A DNA stretch of 64,000 nt from a bacterium (GCA_021796115.1 JAJYOP010000005.1:13039-77038), one strand, 5' to 3'; numbered from the stretch's first letter, positions 1 through 9,140 are shown. The notes: a model not told the origin generated them from the sequence alone. Program-made: numbers and translations.

Positions 1-2
1 CT

Positions 3-221
3 ATGGTCGGCACATTCTATCGTGCACCATCGCCTGGTGCAAAACCTTATGTTGAGGTGGGTGATACGATAAAATCAGGGGATGTGGTCTGCATTATCGA
101 AGCAATGAAGTTGATGAATGAAATAAAAGCAGAAATCGGCGGAAAAATATCTCAAGTATTGATTGAAAACGGACAGCCGGTTGAATTTGGGCAAACATTG
201 TTCGTTTTGGAGCCGGCATAA
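3..221 (+). CDS. accB: Biotin carboxyl carrier protein, C-terminal part (5' end lies outside the window)
   Basis: Biotinylation motif EAMKLMNEI in a biotinyl/lipoyl fold; directly upstream of accC. Confidence 0.85.
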   Translation: MVGTFYRAPSPGAKPYVEVGDTIKSGDVVCIIEAMKLMNEIKAEIGGKISQVLIENGQPVEFGQTLFVLEPA

Positions 222-387
222 TATTGATGGAGAAATAACCAAGATACAAGAAACAATAACCAAACAATGAACAATAACCAAATCTCAATAACCAAACAAA
301 AAGTAAAATCACTGTTTGGTCATTGGATATTGGATATTGAAATTTGTTTGTATCTTGTTTCCTGGTTATTGGTTATTTAATAAGAAT
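222..387. repeat. Long imperfect intercistronic palindrome: a CCAA-rich arm (4 x AATAACCAA) followed by a TTGG-rich arm
   Basis: Left arm aataaccaa units at about 234, 255, 271 and 285. Right arm is tgtttggtcattggatattggatattgaaatttgtttgtatcttgtttcctggttattggttattt. It shares a tttggtcattggatatt core with 31940-32121. Confidence 0.6.
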
Positions 388-1740
388 ATGTTTTCGAAAA
401 TTCTAATTGCCAATCGCGGCGAAATAGCAATAAGAGTAATCCGCGCCTGTAAAGAATTAGGCATTAAGACGGTTGCGGTTTATTCCGAAGCCGATAAAAA
501 TTCTTTGCATCTTGAATTTGCCGATGAGGCTATTTGCATAGGCAAGGCCCAATCCTCAGAGAGCTATCTTAATATATCAAGCATCATCAGTGCTGCAGAA
601 ATCACTGATAGCGATGCAATTCATCCCGGTTACGGTTTCCTTGCGGAGAATCCATCCTTTGCCGAGGTATGCGAGTCCTGCGGCGTAAAATTTATCGGTC
701 CCTCTGCGGAAAATATCCGGCTCATGGGCGATAAGTTGCGCGCAAAAGAAACAATGCAAAAAGCTAATTTACCGCTTATCCCCGGGACTAAAGGCGCAAT
801 AAAATCAAAAGAAGATGCGCTTAATACAGCAAAAAAAATGGGTTATCCGGTTATTCTTAAAGCCAAAGCCGGTGGCGGTGGCAAGGGCATGCGCGTTTGC
901 CACAGTGATGTCCGTTTGGTTAGCGCACTTTTGACTGCCCAGTCAGAGGCAAAAGCCGCATTTGGCGATTCGGAAATATACATGGAAAAATTCATCGAGA
1001 ATCCGCGCCACATCGAAGTTCAGATTGCCGCTGATAACTATGGAAATGCAATTTATCTTGGGGAGAGAGATTGCAGCATCCAGCGCCGGCACCAAAAAAT
1101 TATCGAAGAAACTCCGTCTCCGGCGGTTGACCAACGTTTGCGAAAGAAACTTGGCGAACTCTGCATTAAAGGTATAAAGTCAATGAATTACCGCAGCGTC
1201 GGTACTATTGAATTTCTTCTCGATGAGAAAGGCAATTTTTATTTTATGGAGATGAATACAAGAATCCAGGTTGAACACCCCATAACCGAAGAAGTTACCG
1301 GTATAGATCTTGTAAAATTACAGATGCTCCTGGCCGCCGGAGAAAAATTAAAAATAAAACAGGATGAGGTCCAGGTTAGGGGCGCTGCCATGGAGTGCCG
1401 TATAAACGCAGAAGATCCCTCCAACAGGTTTATGCCCTGCCCCGGTAATATTGAATTTTGTTACATTCCCGGAGGAAAAGACGTAAGAATAGATACTCAT
1501 ATATACAGCGGCTACGCCATTCCGCCTTATTATGACTCACTTATTGCCAAAGCTATAACCAGAGGGGATAATCGTAAAGAAGTATTGAAAAAGATGGAAA
1601 GAGTCCTTGATGAATTCCTTGTGGAGCCTGTAAAAACAACTGCATCGTTTTGCAAAGAGGTAATTACCGACCCGGATTTTCAAAGGGGTAAGTACCATAC
1701 GGGATTTTTAGAAAAATTTATAGGCAAGGAGGAAGAGTGA
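388..1740 (+). CDS. accC: Biotin carboxylase subunit of acetyl-CoA carboxylase
   Basis: MFSKILIANRGEIAIR N-terminus, ATP-grasp motifs (GGGGKGMR, EMNTRIQVEHP). ATG at 388 is preferred over the track start at 316, which lies in the hairpin repeat. Confidence 0.95.
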   Translation: MFSKILIANRGEIAIRVIRACKELGIKTVAVYSEADKNSLHLEFADEAICIGKAQSSESYLNISSIISAAEITDSDAIHPGYGFLAENPSFAEVCESCGVKFIGPSAENIRLMGDKLRAKETMQKANLPLIPGTKGAIKSKEDALNTAKKMGYPVILKAKAGGGGKGMRVCHSDVRLVSALLTAQSEAKAAFGDSEIYMEKFIENPRHIEVQIAADNYGNAIYLGERDCSIQRRHQKIIEETPSPAVDQRLRKKLGELCIKGIKSMNYRSVGTIEFLLDEKGNFYFMEMNTRIQVEHPITEEVTGIDLVKLQMLLAAGEKLKIKQDEVQVRGAAMECRINAEDPSNRFMPCPGNIEFCYIPGGKDVRIDTHIYSGYAIPPYYDSLIAKAITRGDNRKEVLKKMERVLDEFLVEPVKTTASFCKEVITDPDFQRGKYHTGFLEKFIGKEEE

Positions 1741-2081
1741 GCAGAAATGTAAGCTCTGAATACGGCAAGATAAAGATACACCGGAGAGTGATAATCCAGG
1801 TAGCGGAAACAGCCGCCAGGCAAGTAAAAGGCGTTGAGGCTGTGGGGTGGGAATGCTACGGCTGGCTTGGCCCAATTTTGAAATTTTTTAACTGGGCAGG
1901 CACACGGGTTAAATTCGAAAATGAAATTAAAATAGTGCTTCCTGTGATAATTTTTTGGGAAGTAAACATCGTAGATGTTGCCTACGAAGTGCAGAAAAAA
2001 GTTATTACGCACATGCTTAATGGTCTGAATATCGATTCTGTAAGCGTAGATGTAAAAGTTAAAAAAGTAAAGAGGGGGTAG
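1737..2081 (+). CDS. Asp23/Gls24-family alkaline shock protein
   Basis: YGKIKIHRRVIIQVAETAARQVKGV resembles the Asp23-family N-terminus; GTGA overlap with the accC stop. Confidence 0.6.
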   Translation: MSRNVSSEYGKIKIHRRVIIQVAETAARQVKGVEAVGWECYGWLGPILKFFNWAGTRVKFENEIKIVLPVIIFWEVNIVDVAYEVQKKVITHMLNGLNIDSVSVDVKVKKVKRG

Positions 2082-2083
2082 AG

Positions 2084-2668
2084 ATGGCTTTTCTTACTAT
2101 AATTGCCTATGTGGCGGTTTCTTTCTTCGTCGGCTGCGTTTTTATAGGATTGTCTCTCGATTGGGTTGATATAAATTATGCGATAAGTTACTTTCAGCAT
2201 AAAATAATGTCGGTTTGGCCTTTACGTGCGGCATTTGGCCTTACCGGTTTATTGATTATTCTTTTATGCCTGCGCCATCTTTTTCGGACAATTTTCAGAA
2301 GAGAACGCTCCGTGGTTACAGAATCTTCGTATGGAAAGGTAAGCATTACTCTTTTTGCCATAGAAGATATGTTAAGGAATATGCTTGAGAGCGAAAGTGG
2401 CTTATCACATGTGCGCCCAAGAATCATTTGTAAAAAACACCGGATAGAGGTAATAATCAGAGGTAATTTAAACGCTGAAGCGAATTTGCCGGTTTTTACG
2501 AAAAATATTCAGGAGAAAACAAGGGAAAAACTTCAAAATCTTTTAGGCGAAGACAAAGAGATCAGGATAAAAATTGAAATACGAAAAATGGTTTTTAAAG
2601 GCAAGAAAAAGATAATCGAAAGCCCGGAAGAAGTTACGGAAGCGGAAATACCGTACAGATATTATTAA
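2084..2668 (+). CDS. Membrane protein, possible AmaP-like anchor for Asp23
   Basis: Two N-terminal TM helices, about 190 aa, immediately downstream of the Asp23-family gene. Confidence 0.4.
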   Translation: MAFLTIIAYVAVSFFVGCVFIGLSLDWVDINYAISYFQHKIMSVWPLRAAFGLTGLLIILLCLRHLFRTIFRRERSVVTESSYGKVSITLFAIEDMLRNMLESESGLSHVRPRIICKKHRIEVIIRGNLNAEANLPVFTKNIQEKTREKLQNLLGEDKEIRIKIEIRKMVFKGKKKIIESPEEVTEAEIPYRYY

Positions 2669-2770
2669 TCAAATGAAGCAGCAATTTTCAAGCCTAGACT
2701 GCCCGAAGAGCAGCCCAACAGGGCGTCCTGGTGGACAGGCATGGCGCAGAAAATTTGCGTAGCTGAATTT

Positions 2771-2879
2771 GACCCCCACACCAACTTTTGTTTTTATGTT
2801 GAATGTGGCTCATTGGATTGTTTCGCAAGCATATTTTTGTTAAAACAAAAACATTCTTTCAAAAGTTGGTGTGGGGGTT
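2771..2879. promoter_or_regulatory. Inverted repeat of 19 of 20 bp (gacccccacaccaacttttg / caaaagttggtgtgggggtt) upstream of pfk
   Basis: Arms at 2771-2790 and 2860-2879, 69 nt apart. An inner hairpin tttttgttaaaacaaaaa lies at about 2835-2852 and a second hairpin ataacttacgc..gcgtaagttat at about 2898-2937. Confidence 0.5.
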
Positions 2880-2960
2880 AATTCACAGACGCTTCGCTAT
2901 AACTTACGCTCGTTTTGGCAAACTCGCGTAAGTTATCTGTTCATTAAAGGAGGTTTCGCA

Positions 2961-3986
2961 ATGAAGTTAGGTGTTCTCACTGGAGGCGGGGATTGCCCTG
3001 GCCTAAATCCCGTAATACGCGCCGTAGTAAGATCAGCCATTAACGATGAAACGGAAGTGGTTGGCATAAAAAATGGCTGGAAGGGTTTACTTGAAAAAGA
3101 TTATATGCCACTTGATCTAAGATCAATTTCCGGCATTCTTCCTAAAGGCGGCACGATTCTTGGGACTTCCCGCACGAATCCTTATAAAAAAGAAAATGGC
3201 TTAGAAATCGTAAAGAAAAATTTCAAAGAATTAAAATTGAATGCCCTGGTTGCCATCGGCGGAGAAGATACTCTCGGTGTGGCAACTAAGCTTTTTAAAG
3301 ACGGCCTTTATACTGTCGGTGTGCCGAAAACCATAGATAATGATTTAGGCGCAACGGATTTTACTTTTGGTTTCGATACCGCGATCAATATTGTTATGGA
3401 ATGTATTGACCGGCTTCATACAACTGCAGAGTCGCACAATAGAATTATGGTTGTAGAAGTTATGGGCCGGCATGCCGGTTGGATTGCCGCCTACTCTGGT
3501 ATCGCCGGAGGAGCAGATTATATTCTTGTCCCGGAAATTCCGATTGATGTTGATGAACTATGCGATTCGATACAGAAGCGTCATAAACGAGGCAAAAATT
3601 TCAGCATCGTCGTTGTTTCGGAAGGAGCAGCTTTTAACGATGCTTCACTTTTTACTCAGGAACAAAAACTCGATGAGTTTGGCCATGTTCGCCTTGGCGG
3701 GATAGGGGATACCTTAGGTAAACTAATCGAAGAAAAAACCGGCTATGAAACAAGAGTTACGGTTTTAGGCCACATTCAAAGAGGCGGTTCGCCTACGGCA
3801 TTTGACAGGGTGCTGGCCACTCGTTTTGGCGTAAAAGCATACGAATTAGTGAAAAACAAGGAATTCGGTAAAATGGTAAGCTTAAAAGGAACCGAAATAG
3901 TGGCGGTTCCGCTTGAAGAAGCAACCAAAGCCCTCAAAACACTTGATTTACGGCTTTACGATCTAGCCAAGATATTTTTTGGATGA
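2961..3986 (+). CDS. pfkA: 6-phosphofructokinase, PfkA family (Asp/Lys signature suggests a PPi-dependent enzyme)
   Basis: MKLGVLTGGGDCPGLN, GGEDT, PKTIDNDL and MGRHAGW motifs. RBS aaaggagg precedes the ATG at 2961. Confidence 0.9.
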   Translation: MKLGVLTGGGDCPGLNPVIRAVVRSAINDETEVVGIKNGWKGLLEKDYMPLDLRSISGILPKGGTILGTSRTNPYKKENGLEIVKKNFKELKLNALVAIGGEDTLGVATKLFKDGLYTVGVPKTIDNDLGATDFTFGFDTAINIVMECIDRLHTTAESHNRIMVVEVMGRHAGWIAAYSGIAGGADYILVPEIPIDVDELCDSIQKRHKRGKNFSIVVVSEGAAFNDASLFTQEQKLDEFGHVRLGGIGDTLGKLIEEKTGYETRVTVLGHIQRGGSPTAFDRVLATRFGVKAYELVKNKEFGKMVSLKGTEIVAVPLEEATKALKTLDLRLYDLAKIFFG

Positions 3987-4558
3987 TGCGAATAGAGAAA
4001 ATTATTAAAGAATCGCTCGATAACCATCTTGAAGTGCTTGATTTTTTACAAGCGCATCAAGATTCGATAAAAGACATTGCCGCGCTTTTTATTTCTTCGC
4101 TGCGCAATTCAGGAAAAATCATATTCATGGGAAACGGCGGCAGCGCTTCGGATGCCAACCATCTGGCAGCCGAGCTTGTGGGAAGATTCAAAAAAAACAG
4201 AAAGCCTTTCGCTTCAATTTCACTTTCGAGCAATATTTCTCTTATTACGGCTATCGGCAATGATTTGGGTTTTGAAGAGATATTCAGCCGGCAGCTTGAG
4301 GCTTTAGCAAAACCCGAAGATGTAATTGTGGCGATTTCAACTTCCGGCGAGTCATTGAATGTAATAAACGCGGTTAAAAAAGCGAAAAATTTAGGGTTAA
4401 AAAGCGTAGGCTTTTTAGGAAGAGACGGAGGAAAACTTAAAAATATCGTAGATTTATCTTTAGTAATACCAACTAAGGATACGCCTCGCATTCAAGAGAT
4501 GCATATTTTGGTGGGGCATATAATCTGTGAGATTATCGAAGAAGAACTCCTGGCTTAG
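3983..4558 (+). CDS. gmhA: Phosphoheptose isomerase (SIS domain)
   Basis: GNGGSASDANHLAAELVGRF and STSGES motifs typical of GmhA. Confidence 0.85.
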   Translation: MMRIEKIIKESLDNHLEVLDFLQAHQDSIKDIAALFISSLRNSGKIIFMGNGGSASDANHLAAELVGRFKKNRKPFASISLSSNISLITAIGNDLGFEEIFSRQLEALAKPEDVIVAISTSGESLNVINAVKKAKNLGLKSVGFLGRDGGKLKNIVDLSLVIPTKDTPRIQEMHILVGHIICEIIEEELLA

Positions 4559-4594
4559 CCTTCGAATCCATATATTCACTTCAAAACAGCTCTA

Positions 4595-5053
4595 ATGATT
4601 AAAGTCAAGGCATTATTATCGCTAAAGAAAATAGTCGCAAACCTCAAAAAGAAAGGTAAACGCATTGCCTTTACCAACGGCTGTTTCGATATTATCCATC
4701 CTGGCCACATCAAAATATTAAAAGAAGCAAAATCGAAAGGCGATATCCTTGTGGTCGGGCTTAATTCGGATAGCTCAATAAAAAGAATAAAGGGTTTGAG
4801 CCGGCCGATAATGCCGGAGCAAGCGCGTATTGTTGTGCTTTCGGCTATAGAGTATGTAGATTTTGTGATTGTATTTGATGAAGATACTCCTTATGAACTC
4901 ATCAAAGCATTGAAGCCGGACATATTGATTAAAGGCGAAGATTGGCAAAAAAACAAAATAATCGGAAGGGAATTTGCCAAAAAAATATTTCGCATTAAAT
5001 TCTATACTGGTTATTCCACCACTTCGATTATCGAGAGAATGAAAAATGCATAA
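4595..5053 (+). CDS. rfaE2: D-glycero-beta-D-manno-heptose 1-phosphate adenylyltransferase (RfaE domain II type)
   Basis: Cytidylyltransferase motif FTNGCFDIIHPGHIKIL; about 150 aa; adjacent to gmhA. Confidence 0.8.
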   Translation: MIKVKALLSLKKIVANLKKKGKRIAFTNGCFDIIHPGHIKILKEAKSKGDILVVGLNSDSSIKRIKGLSRPIMPEQARIVVLSAIEYVDFVIVFDEDTPYELIKALKPDILIKGEDWQKNKIIGREFAKKIFRIKFYTGYSTTSIIERMKNA

Positions 5054-5459
5054 AAAACGTCTTTTAAGGGTTATTGATGCAAATTTCAACCGCCTCAAAG
5101 AAGCATTACGAGTAGTCGAAGATATTTTTAGATTTATTTACGAAGATAACGGTTTAAGAAAAAAAACTAGAAAGTTAAGACATGCTTTAGATGTCATAGC
5201 AGATGATGACAAGTTTAGTGAAGTTACACTTGAAAGAGATTCCGGAACTGATTTAGGAAGAAAAACCGATTTACTCGAATTAAATAGAAAAAACTTTTCC
5301 GATATACTTTTTATCAACTTACAAAGAGCAAAAGAATCATCCAGAGTACTTGAAGAGTTTTTTAAAATTAGTTTTCCTGCTAAAGTTTCAGTGTTGAAAA
5401 AGTTACGCTATGATATCTACGACTTAGAAAAAGAAGCTTATAAATATAAAAGGAAATGA
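5046..5459 (+). CDS. Stand-alone domain resembling the N-terminal extension of some ThiE proteins (ThiD2-like)
   Basis: RVIDANFNRLKEALRVVEDIFRF resembles the ThiE N-terminal-extension motif; abuts thiC. Confidence 0.4.
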   Translation: MHKKRLLRVIDANFNRLKEALRVVEDIFRFIYEDNGLRKKTRKLRHALDVIADDDKFSEVTLERDSGTDLGRKTDLLELNRKNFSDILFINLQRAKESSRVLEEFFKISFPAKVSVLKKLRYDIYDLEKEAYKYKRK

Positions 5460-6719
5460 ATGTTTAACCGTAATTTTTTGAAAAAAATTGCAAAAAAAGA
5501 AAATGTCGGTCTTGCCTTTCTGGAAAAGCAAATAAAAAATGGCCAGGCAGTTATTCCGCTAAACCGAAAAAGAAGGATTGATAATCCTCCTGTCATAGGA
5601 AAAGGTTTTAAAATCAAGGTCAATACCAATATCGGTACTTCTACGGAAAAAAATAAAATCAAGGAAGAACTGGAAAAGCTAAAAATTGCAGTTAATTGCG
5701 GTACGGATACGGTTATGGATTTAAGTACTGGAGGTAATTTACGCGCGATTCGAAAAGAGATAATCAAAAATTCCGAAATTCCTCTTGGCACTGTTCCGGT
5801 GTATGAAGCTGCGGAACTTGCTGAAAGCCGGGATAAAAACCTTGACAGGATGACCTTTAGTGATATTTGGGATGTATTAAAAGGCCAGGCTGAGGACGGA
5901 GTCGATTTTTTCACTATTCACGCCGGGATTCTTAATAATTTTACCAAAATTGTTAAAAAACAAAAGCGTATCGGCGGCGTAGTCAGCCGCGGCGGAGCAA
6001 TACTTACGCGTTGGATGTATGTAAACGGCCGCGAAAATCCTTTTTATGAAAATTTTGACAAAATACTTGATCTGGCAAAAGACTATAATATTACACTAAG
6101 CCTTGGCGACGGTATGCGGCCGGGCGCAATTTATGACTCGACAGACCAGCTGCAGATTTCCGAATTAATTGTCCTTGGCGAGCTTGTCAAGAAATGCCGT
6201 AAAAAAGGCGTGCAGGTAATGGTTGAAGGTCCGGGGCATATTCGTTTTGATGAAATTGCCTATAACATGGCCATAGAGAAAAAAATTTGTCACAATGCAC
6301 CATTTTATGTTTTAGGGCCACTGCCAACCGATATTGCTGCTGGCTATGACCATATTACCGGAGCTATCGGCGGCGCCTTGGCCGCATATTTTGGCGCGGA
6401 CTTTCTTTGTGTGGTAACTCCTGCCGAGCATCTACGGCATCCGTCAGTTAGTGATATCCAAGATGGCGTTATAGCTTCTAAAATTGCCGGGCATTGCGTA
6501 GATGTTTTGCGTTTTAAAGATGAATGGGAAAAAGATTACAAATTATCATATTACCGGGCTAAGAGAGATTGGAAAAAAGTTTTTCCGCTTACTCTTGATG
6601 AAGAAAAAGCAAGAAAATACCGTGAGAGCCTTAAAACTTCCTCAATGGACATGTGTGCCATGTGTGGAAAATTCTGTTCATTAAAAATATTGGAAAAATG
6701 TAAAATACTACACCGCTGA
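5460..6719 (+). CDS. thiC: Phosphomethylpyrimidine synthase
   Basis: Radical-SAM ThiC core (TIHAG, VEGPGH, DHITGAIGGA) and C-terminal CAMCGKFCSLK cluster motif. Confidence 0.95.
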   Translation: MFNRNFLKKIAKKENVGLAFLEKQIKNGQAVIPLNRKRRIDNPPVIGKGFKIKVNTNIGTSTEKNKIKEELEKLKIAVNCGTDTVMDLSTGGNLRAIRKEIIKNSEIPLGTVPVYEAAELAESRDKNLDRMTFSDIWDVLKGQAEDGVDFFTIHAGILNNFTKIVKKQKRIGGVVSRGGAILTRWMYVNGRENPFYENFDKILDLAKDYNITLSLGDGMRPGAIYDSTDQLQISELIVLGELVKKCRKKGVQVMVEGPGHIRFDEIAYNMAIEKKICHNAPFYVLGPLPTDIAAGYDHITGAIGGALAAYFGADFLCVVTPAEHLRHPSVSDIQDGVIASKIAGHCVDVLRFKDEWEKDYKLSYYRAKRDWKKVFPLTLDEEKARKYRESLKTSSMDMCAMCGKFCSLKILEKCKILHR

Positions 6720-6803
6720 AATGCAAAATCCCGCAAAGTCGCAAAAAAGTTTTTTGTGTTTTTGCGGAATTTTTCGGCTTTGTGGTGTAAAGATAATAAT
6801 TAC

Positions 6804-6875
6804 GCGGGATTAGCTCATCTGGTAGAGCGCCAGCTTCCCAAGCTGGAAAGACGGGTTCAAGTCCCGTATCCCGCT
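6804..6875 (+). tRNA. tRNA-Gly (anticodon CCC)
   Basis: Hand-folded cloverleaf: acceptor GCGGGAT/ATCCCGC, D arm GCTC..GAGC, anticodon stem CCAGC/GCTGG with loop TTCCCAA, T arm ACGGG-TTCAAGT-CCCGT. Confidence 0.9.
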
Positions 6876-6879
6876 TTTT

Positions 6880-6970
6880 GAAGTAGAGAGTAGAGAGAAT
6901 ATCAGTGTTATCGGAGCCAAGGTTTTTAAAAATTACTGGATTTATTTTTATCTCTCTACCCTCTACTTTC
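6880..6970. terminator. Long imperfect inverted repeat downstream of tRNA-Gly
   Basis: gaagtagagagtagagaga (6880-6898) against tctctctaccctctactttc (6951-6970). Confidence 0.4.
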
Positions 6971-7026
6971 TACTTAGTAAAATCTGTATTGAATTACTTA
7001 CGAATTTAAGGTATCATATATACCCT

Positions 7027-7548
7027 GTGGCTATGAAAGTAATATTGTTTTTATCCACAATTCTAATCTTTATTTCTTGCGCTCCAGCCACTGTGTCTAA
7101 CCAGCCGTGTGTCTACACCCCTCAAAGCCCGCATGTCAATTATTCAAGTTATGTCAGTATTCCCACCGGAAGTTTACATTTCATCTGGCCTATAAAAGGT
7201 GAAGTTGTTGATTCTTTTGGCGAGAACATAAATCATGTTTGCAACAAAGGGATAAATATACGGGTAAAAACCGGGGGAGCTGTTGTTGCTTCCGAATCAG
7301 GAAGGGTGATCTACGCCAATCGCATAAAAGGTTGGGGTAAAACATTAATACTGCAGCACTCCAATGATTTCTATAGTGTCTATGCTAATTTGGATGATAT
7401 TTTTGCTCAGGAAGGGTTTGTTATAAAGAAAGGCGAGACTATCGGTAGGGTAGCATCGTTGGGAAAAAAAGGCGAAACCATACTGCATTTTGAGATAAGA
7501 AAAAAATATTACGCCCAAAACCCGTTGTCGTATCTTAGATATAATTAA
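7027..7548 (+). CDS. M23-family peptidoglycan metalloendopeptidase, secreted or lipoprotein
   Basis: Signal peptide with a Cys (ISCAP). M23 core: WPIKGEVVDSFGE, GINI, GWGKTLILQH, LHFEIRK. An ATG at 7033 is also possible. Confidence 0.8.
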   Translation: MAMKVILFLSTILIFISCAPATVSNQPCVYTPQSPHVNYSSYVSIPTGSLHFIWPIKGEVVDSFGENINHVCNKGINIRVKTGGAVVASESGRVIYANRIKGWGKTLILQHSNDFYSVYANLDDIFAQEGFVIKKGETIGRVASLGKKGETILHFEIRKKYYAQNPLSYLRYN

Positions 7549-9140
7549 TGCAAGTTCAGGATTTTTGGAAAACAAAACTGAATATATTGGACAAAAGGCT
7601 TAACGCTTTTTCTCAAGGATACAGGCAAAACCTTGCCGTTCTGGGTGATGACAATGAAGAAATTTCTTATCTTTTCGATAATTATTTTAAATCAAATAAA
7701 CTTTCGGATATCATCCATATCCGCACTTCGGCAACGCATATCGACCGTAGAAGTTTTTTTAAATGCATAGTCTTCTCTATTTTGAGTGAATATCTAAAAA
7801 AAGAAGATACGCTGGATAACTTACTTATAGCTAACGAAAGTCTCCTGCCCCTTACCGTTGAATTTGCCAAAGACATATTAAAACGTACAAACGTGCCTTC
7901 CTTCCTCGATATTCTCGAGGCCATAAACAAATTTGTCAATGAGAGTTCGAGAAAATGTGTTTTTATCATTGAGAATTTCCTAAGCTTGCGAAGCATTTTC
8001 CCCAATTTCCATCAAGATTTCTCAAAATTCATTATTCTTCAAAACAACTGCATGCTTATTTTAGCGGATATTAACAGCCGGGATTGCGAAAAAACGCTTT
8101 ATTCTGATTTAAATTTCCTCTTCGGCAATTTCGAGAAAATCTGCATAGACGAAAATAATTTTTTAGATAGCTATATCTCTTTTAGCAATTCTTTTTCGGA
8201 TTCTCCGCGCTCTCCATTTATGATATCATTTTTTGCAAATATTCTTGGAGCAAATACAATTTATCACAATCTCATAAAGCTTGCGCTGTTAAAAAACATT
8301 TCTGCTGGCGACGAAGAAATCTCAATAATTAATACCCTGGAGGAGACTATTTATACGAAAGAAACCTATTTTTTTCAAAAATTTATCAAAAAAATAAATT
8401 CCATCGAAGATACTTTCCGTAATCCTTCTACGCTTATCAAGATATTGATATCAATAAGCGAAGGTTACATCAGAGAAGCGGAACTTGCTTCTTTACGCAT
8501 CTTTGACTCGAAAAGCCTGAAAACCAAGCTTCAGAAGCTTTGTGATTTAAATTATGTGGAAAACCTTGGCGATATATATAAAATCAAAGATCCGTTATTT
8601 TCTTTCTGGCTAGCACATGTTTTTAAATTACACTTTAGCGTGCCGGTTTTTGATACGGAAAGATGCCGCGTTTTGTTTCGAAAAAATGTTCAAGAAACTA
8701 TTTCGCTTTTTAAGGAAGATTTTTATAAAGAAAAGATTAAACGTGTCCTTGAACTTTTTGGTTCTTTTAAGAATGATGTTTTGTGGCTCGGGAAAGACAG
8801 ATATAAACTTCCCTTGATTGAAAAAAGCCGGCTGGTTTCTTATCCGCAAACGCGCACGCATTTTCTTATCGGGGAAGGAAAAGAGATAGTTTTCGTCGGC
8901 ATTAAAGAAGGCCGCGTAGATGATACCGATATGTTTGATTTTATGGAAAAAGGCGGCAGTATAAAAGGCAAAAATGTAAAAAAAATATTCATTTCGCTTG
9001 ATTTTTTTAGTTCCAGCGCAAAATTAATTGCAAAGAATAACAAATTCATCGCCTGGGACATTAATGAAGTGAACAATCTCTGCCGCGCATATAATAAATC
9101 CATTGTTTTATTAAACGAAACATCAGATAAGGCATTTTAA
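7548..9140 (+). CDS. Hypothetical 530-aa protein with distant ATPase_2 (Arch_ATPase)-like layout and degenerate Walker motifs
   Basis: LAVLGDDNEEISYLF sits where a P-loop is expected and CVFIIENF where Walker B is expected. TAATG coupling to the M23 gene. Confidence 0.35.
   Translation: MQVQDFWKTKLNILDKRLNAFSQGYRQNLAVLGDDNEEISYLFDNYFKSNKLSDIIHIRTSATHIDRRSFFKCIVFSILSEYLKKEDTLDNLLIANESLLPLTVEFAKDILKRTNVPSFLDILEAINKFVNESSRKCVFIIENFLSLRSIFPNFHQDFSKFIILQNNCMLILADINSRDCEKTLYSDLNFLFGNFEKICIDENNFLDSYISFSNSFSDSPRSPFMISFFANILGANTIYHNLIKLALLKNISAGDEEISIINTLEETIYTKETYFFQKFIKKINSIEDTFRNPSTLIKILISISEGYIREAELASLRIFDSKSLKTKLQKLCDLNYVENLGDIYKIKDPLFSFWLAHVFKLHFSVPVFDTERCRVLFRKNVQETISLFKEDFYKEKIKRVLELFGSFKNDVLWLGKDRYKLPLIEKSRLVSYPQTRTHFLIGEGKEIVFVGIKEGRVDDTDMFDFMEKGGSIKGKNVKKIFISLDFFSSSAKLIAKNNKFIAWDINEVNNLCRAYNKSIVLLNETSDKAF

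Noticed and set aside
230-300. The spaced AATAACCAA repeats as a possible mini-CRISPR array
   Set aside because: The units are only about 9-11 nt with irregular spacing of roughly 14-21 nt (unit starts about 234, 255, 271 and 285). They form one arm of a palindrome and no cas genes are present.
316-387. A 24-codon N-terminal extension of accC (MVIGYWILKFVCILFPGYWLFNKN) from the ORF track
   Set aside because: It is encoded entirely by the TTGG arm of the hairpin repeat. The canonical biotin carboxylase N-terminus MFSKILIANRGEIA starts at the ATG at 388.
2871-2960. A 30-codon extension of pfk starting at 2871
   Set aside because: It begins inside the right arm of the long inverted repeat. A strong RBS (aaaggagg) precedes the ATG at 2961, and the PFK N-terminus MKLGVLTGGGD begins there.
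4900-5460. An expected TPP (THI-box) riboswitch upstream of thiC
   Set aside because: thiC directly follows the ThiD2-like ORF, which itself overlaps rfaE2. There is no free leader, and no THI-box core (CUGAGA...ACCUGAUCUGGAUAAUGCCAGCG-like) was seen by eye.
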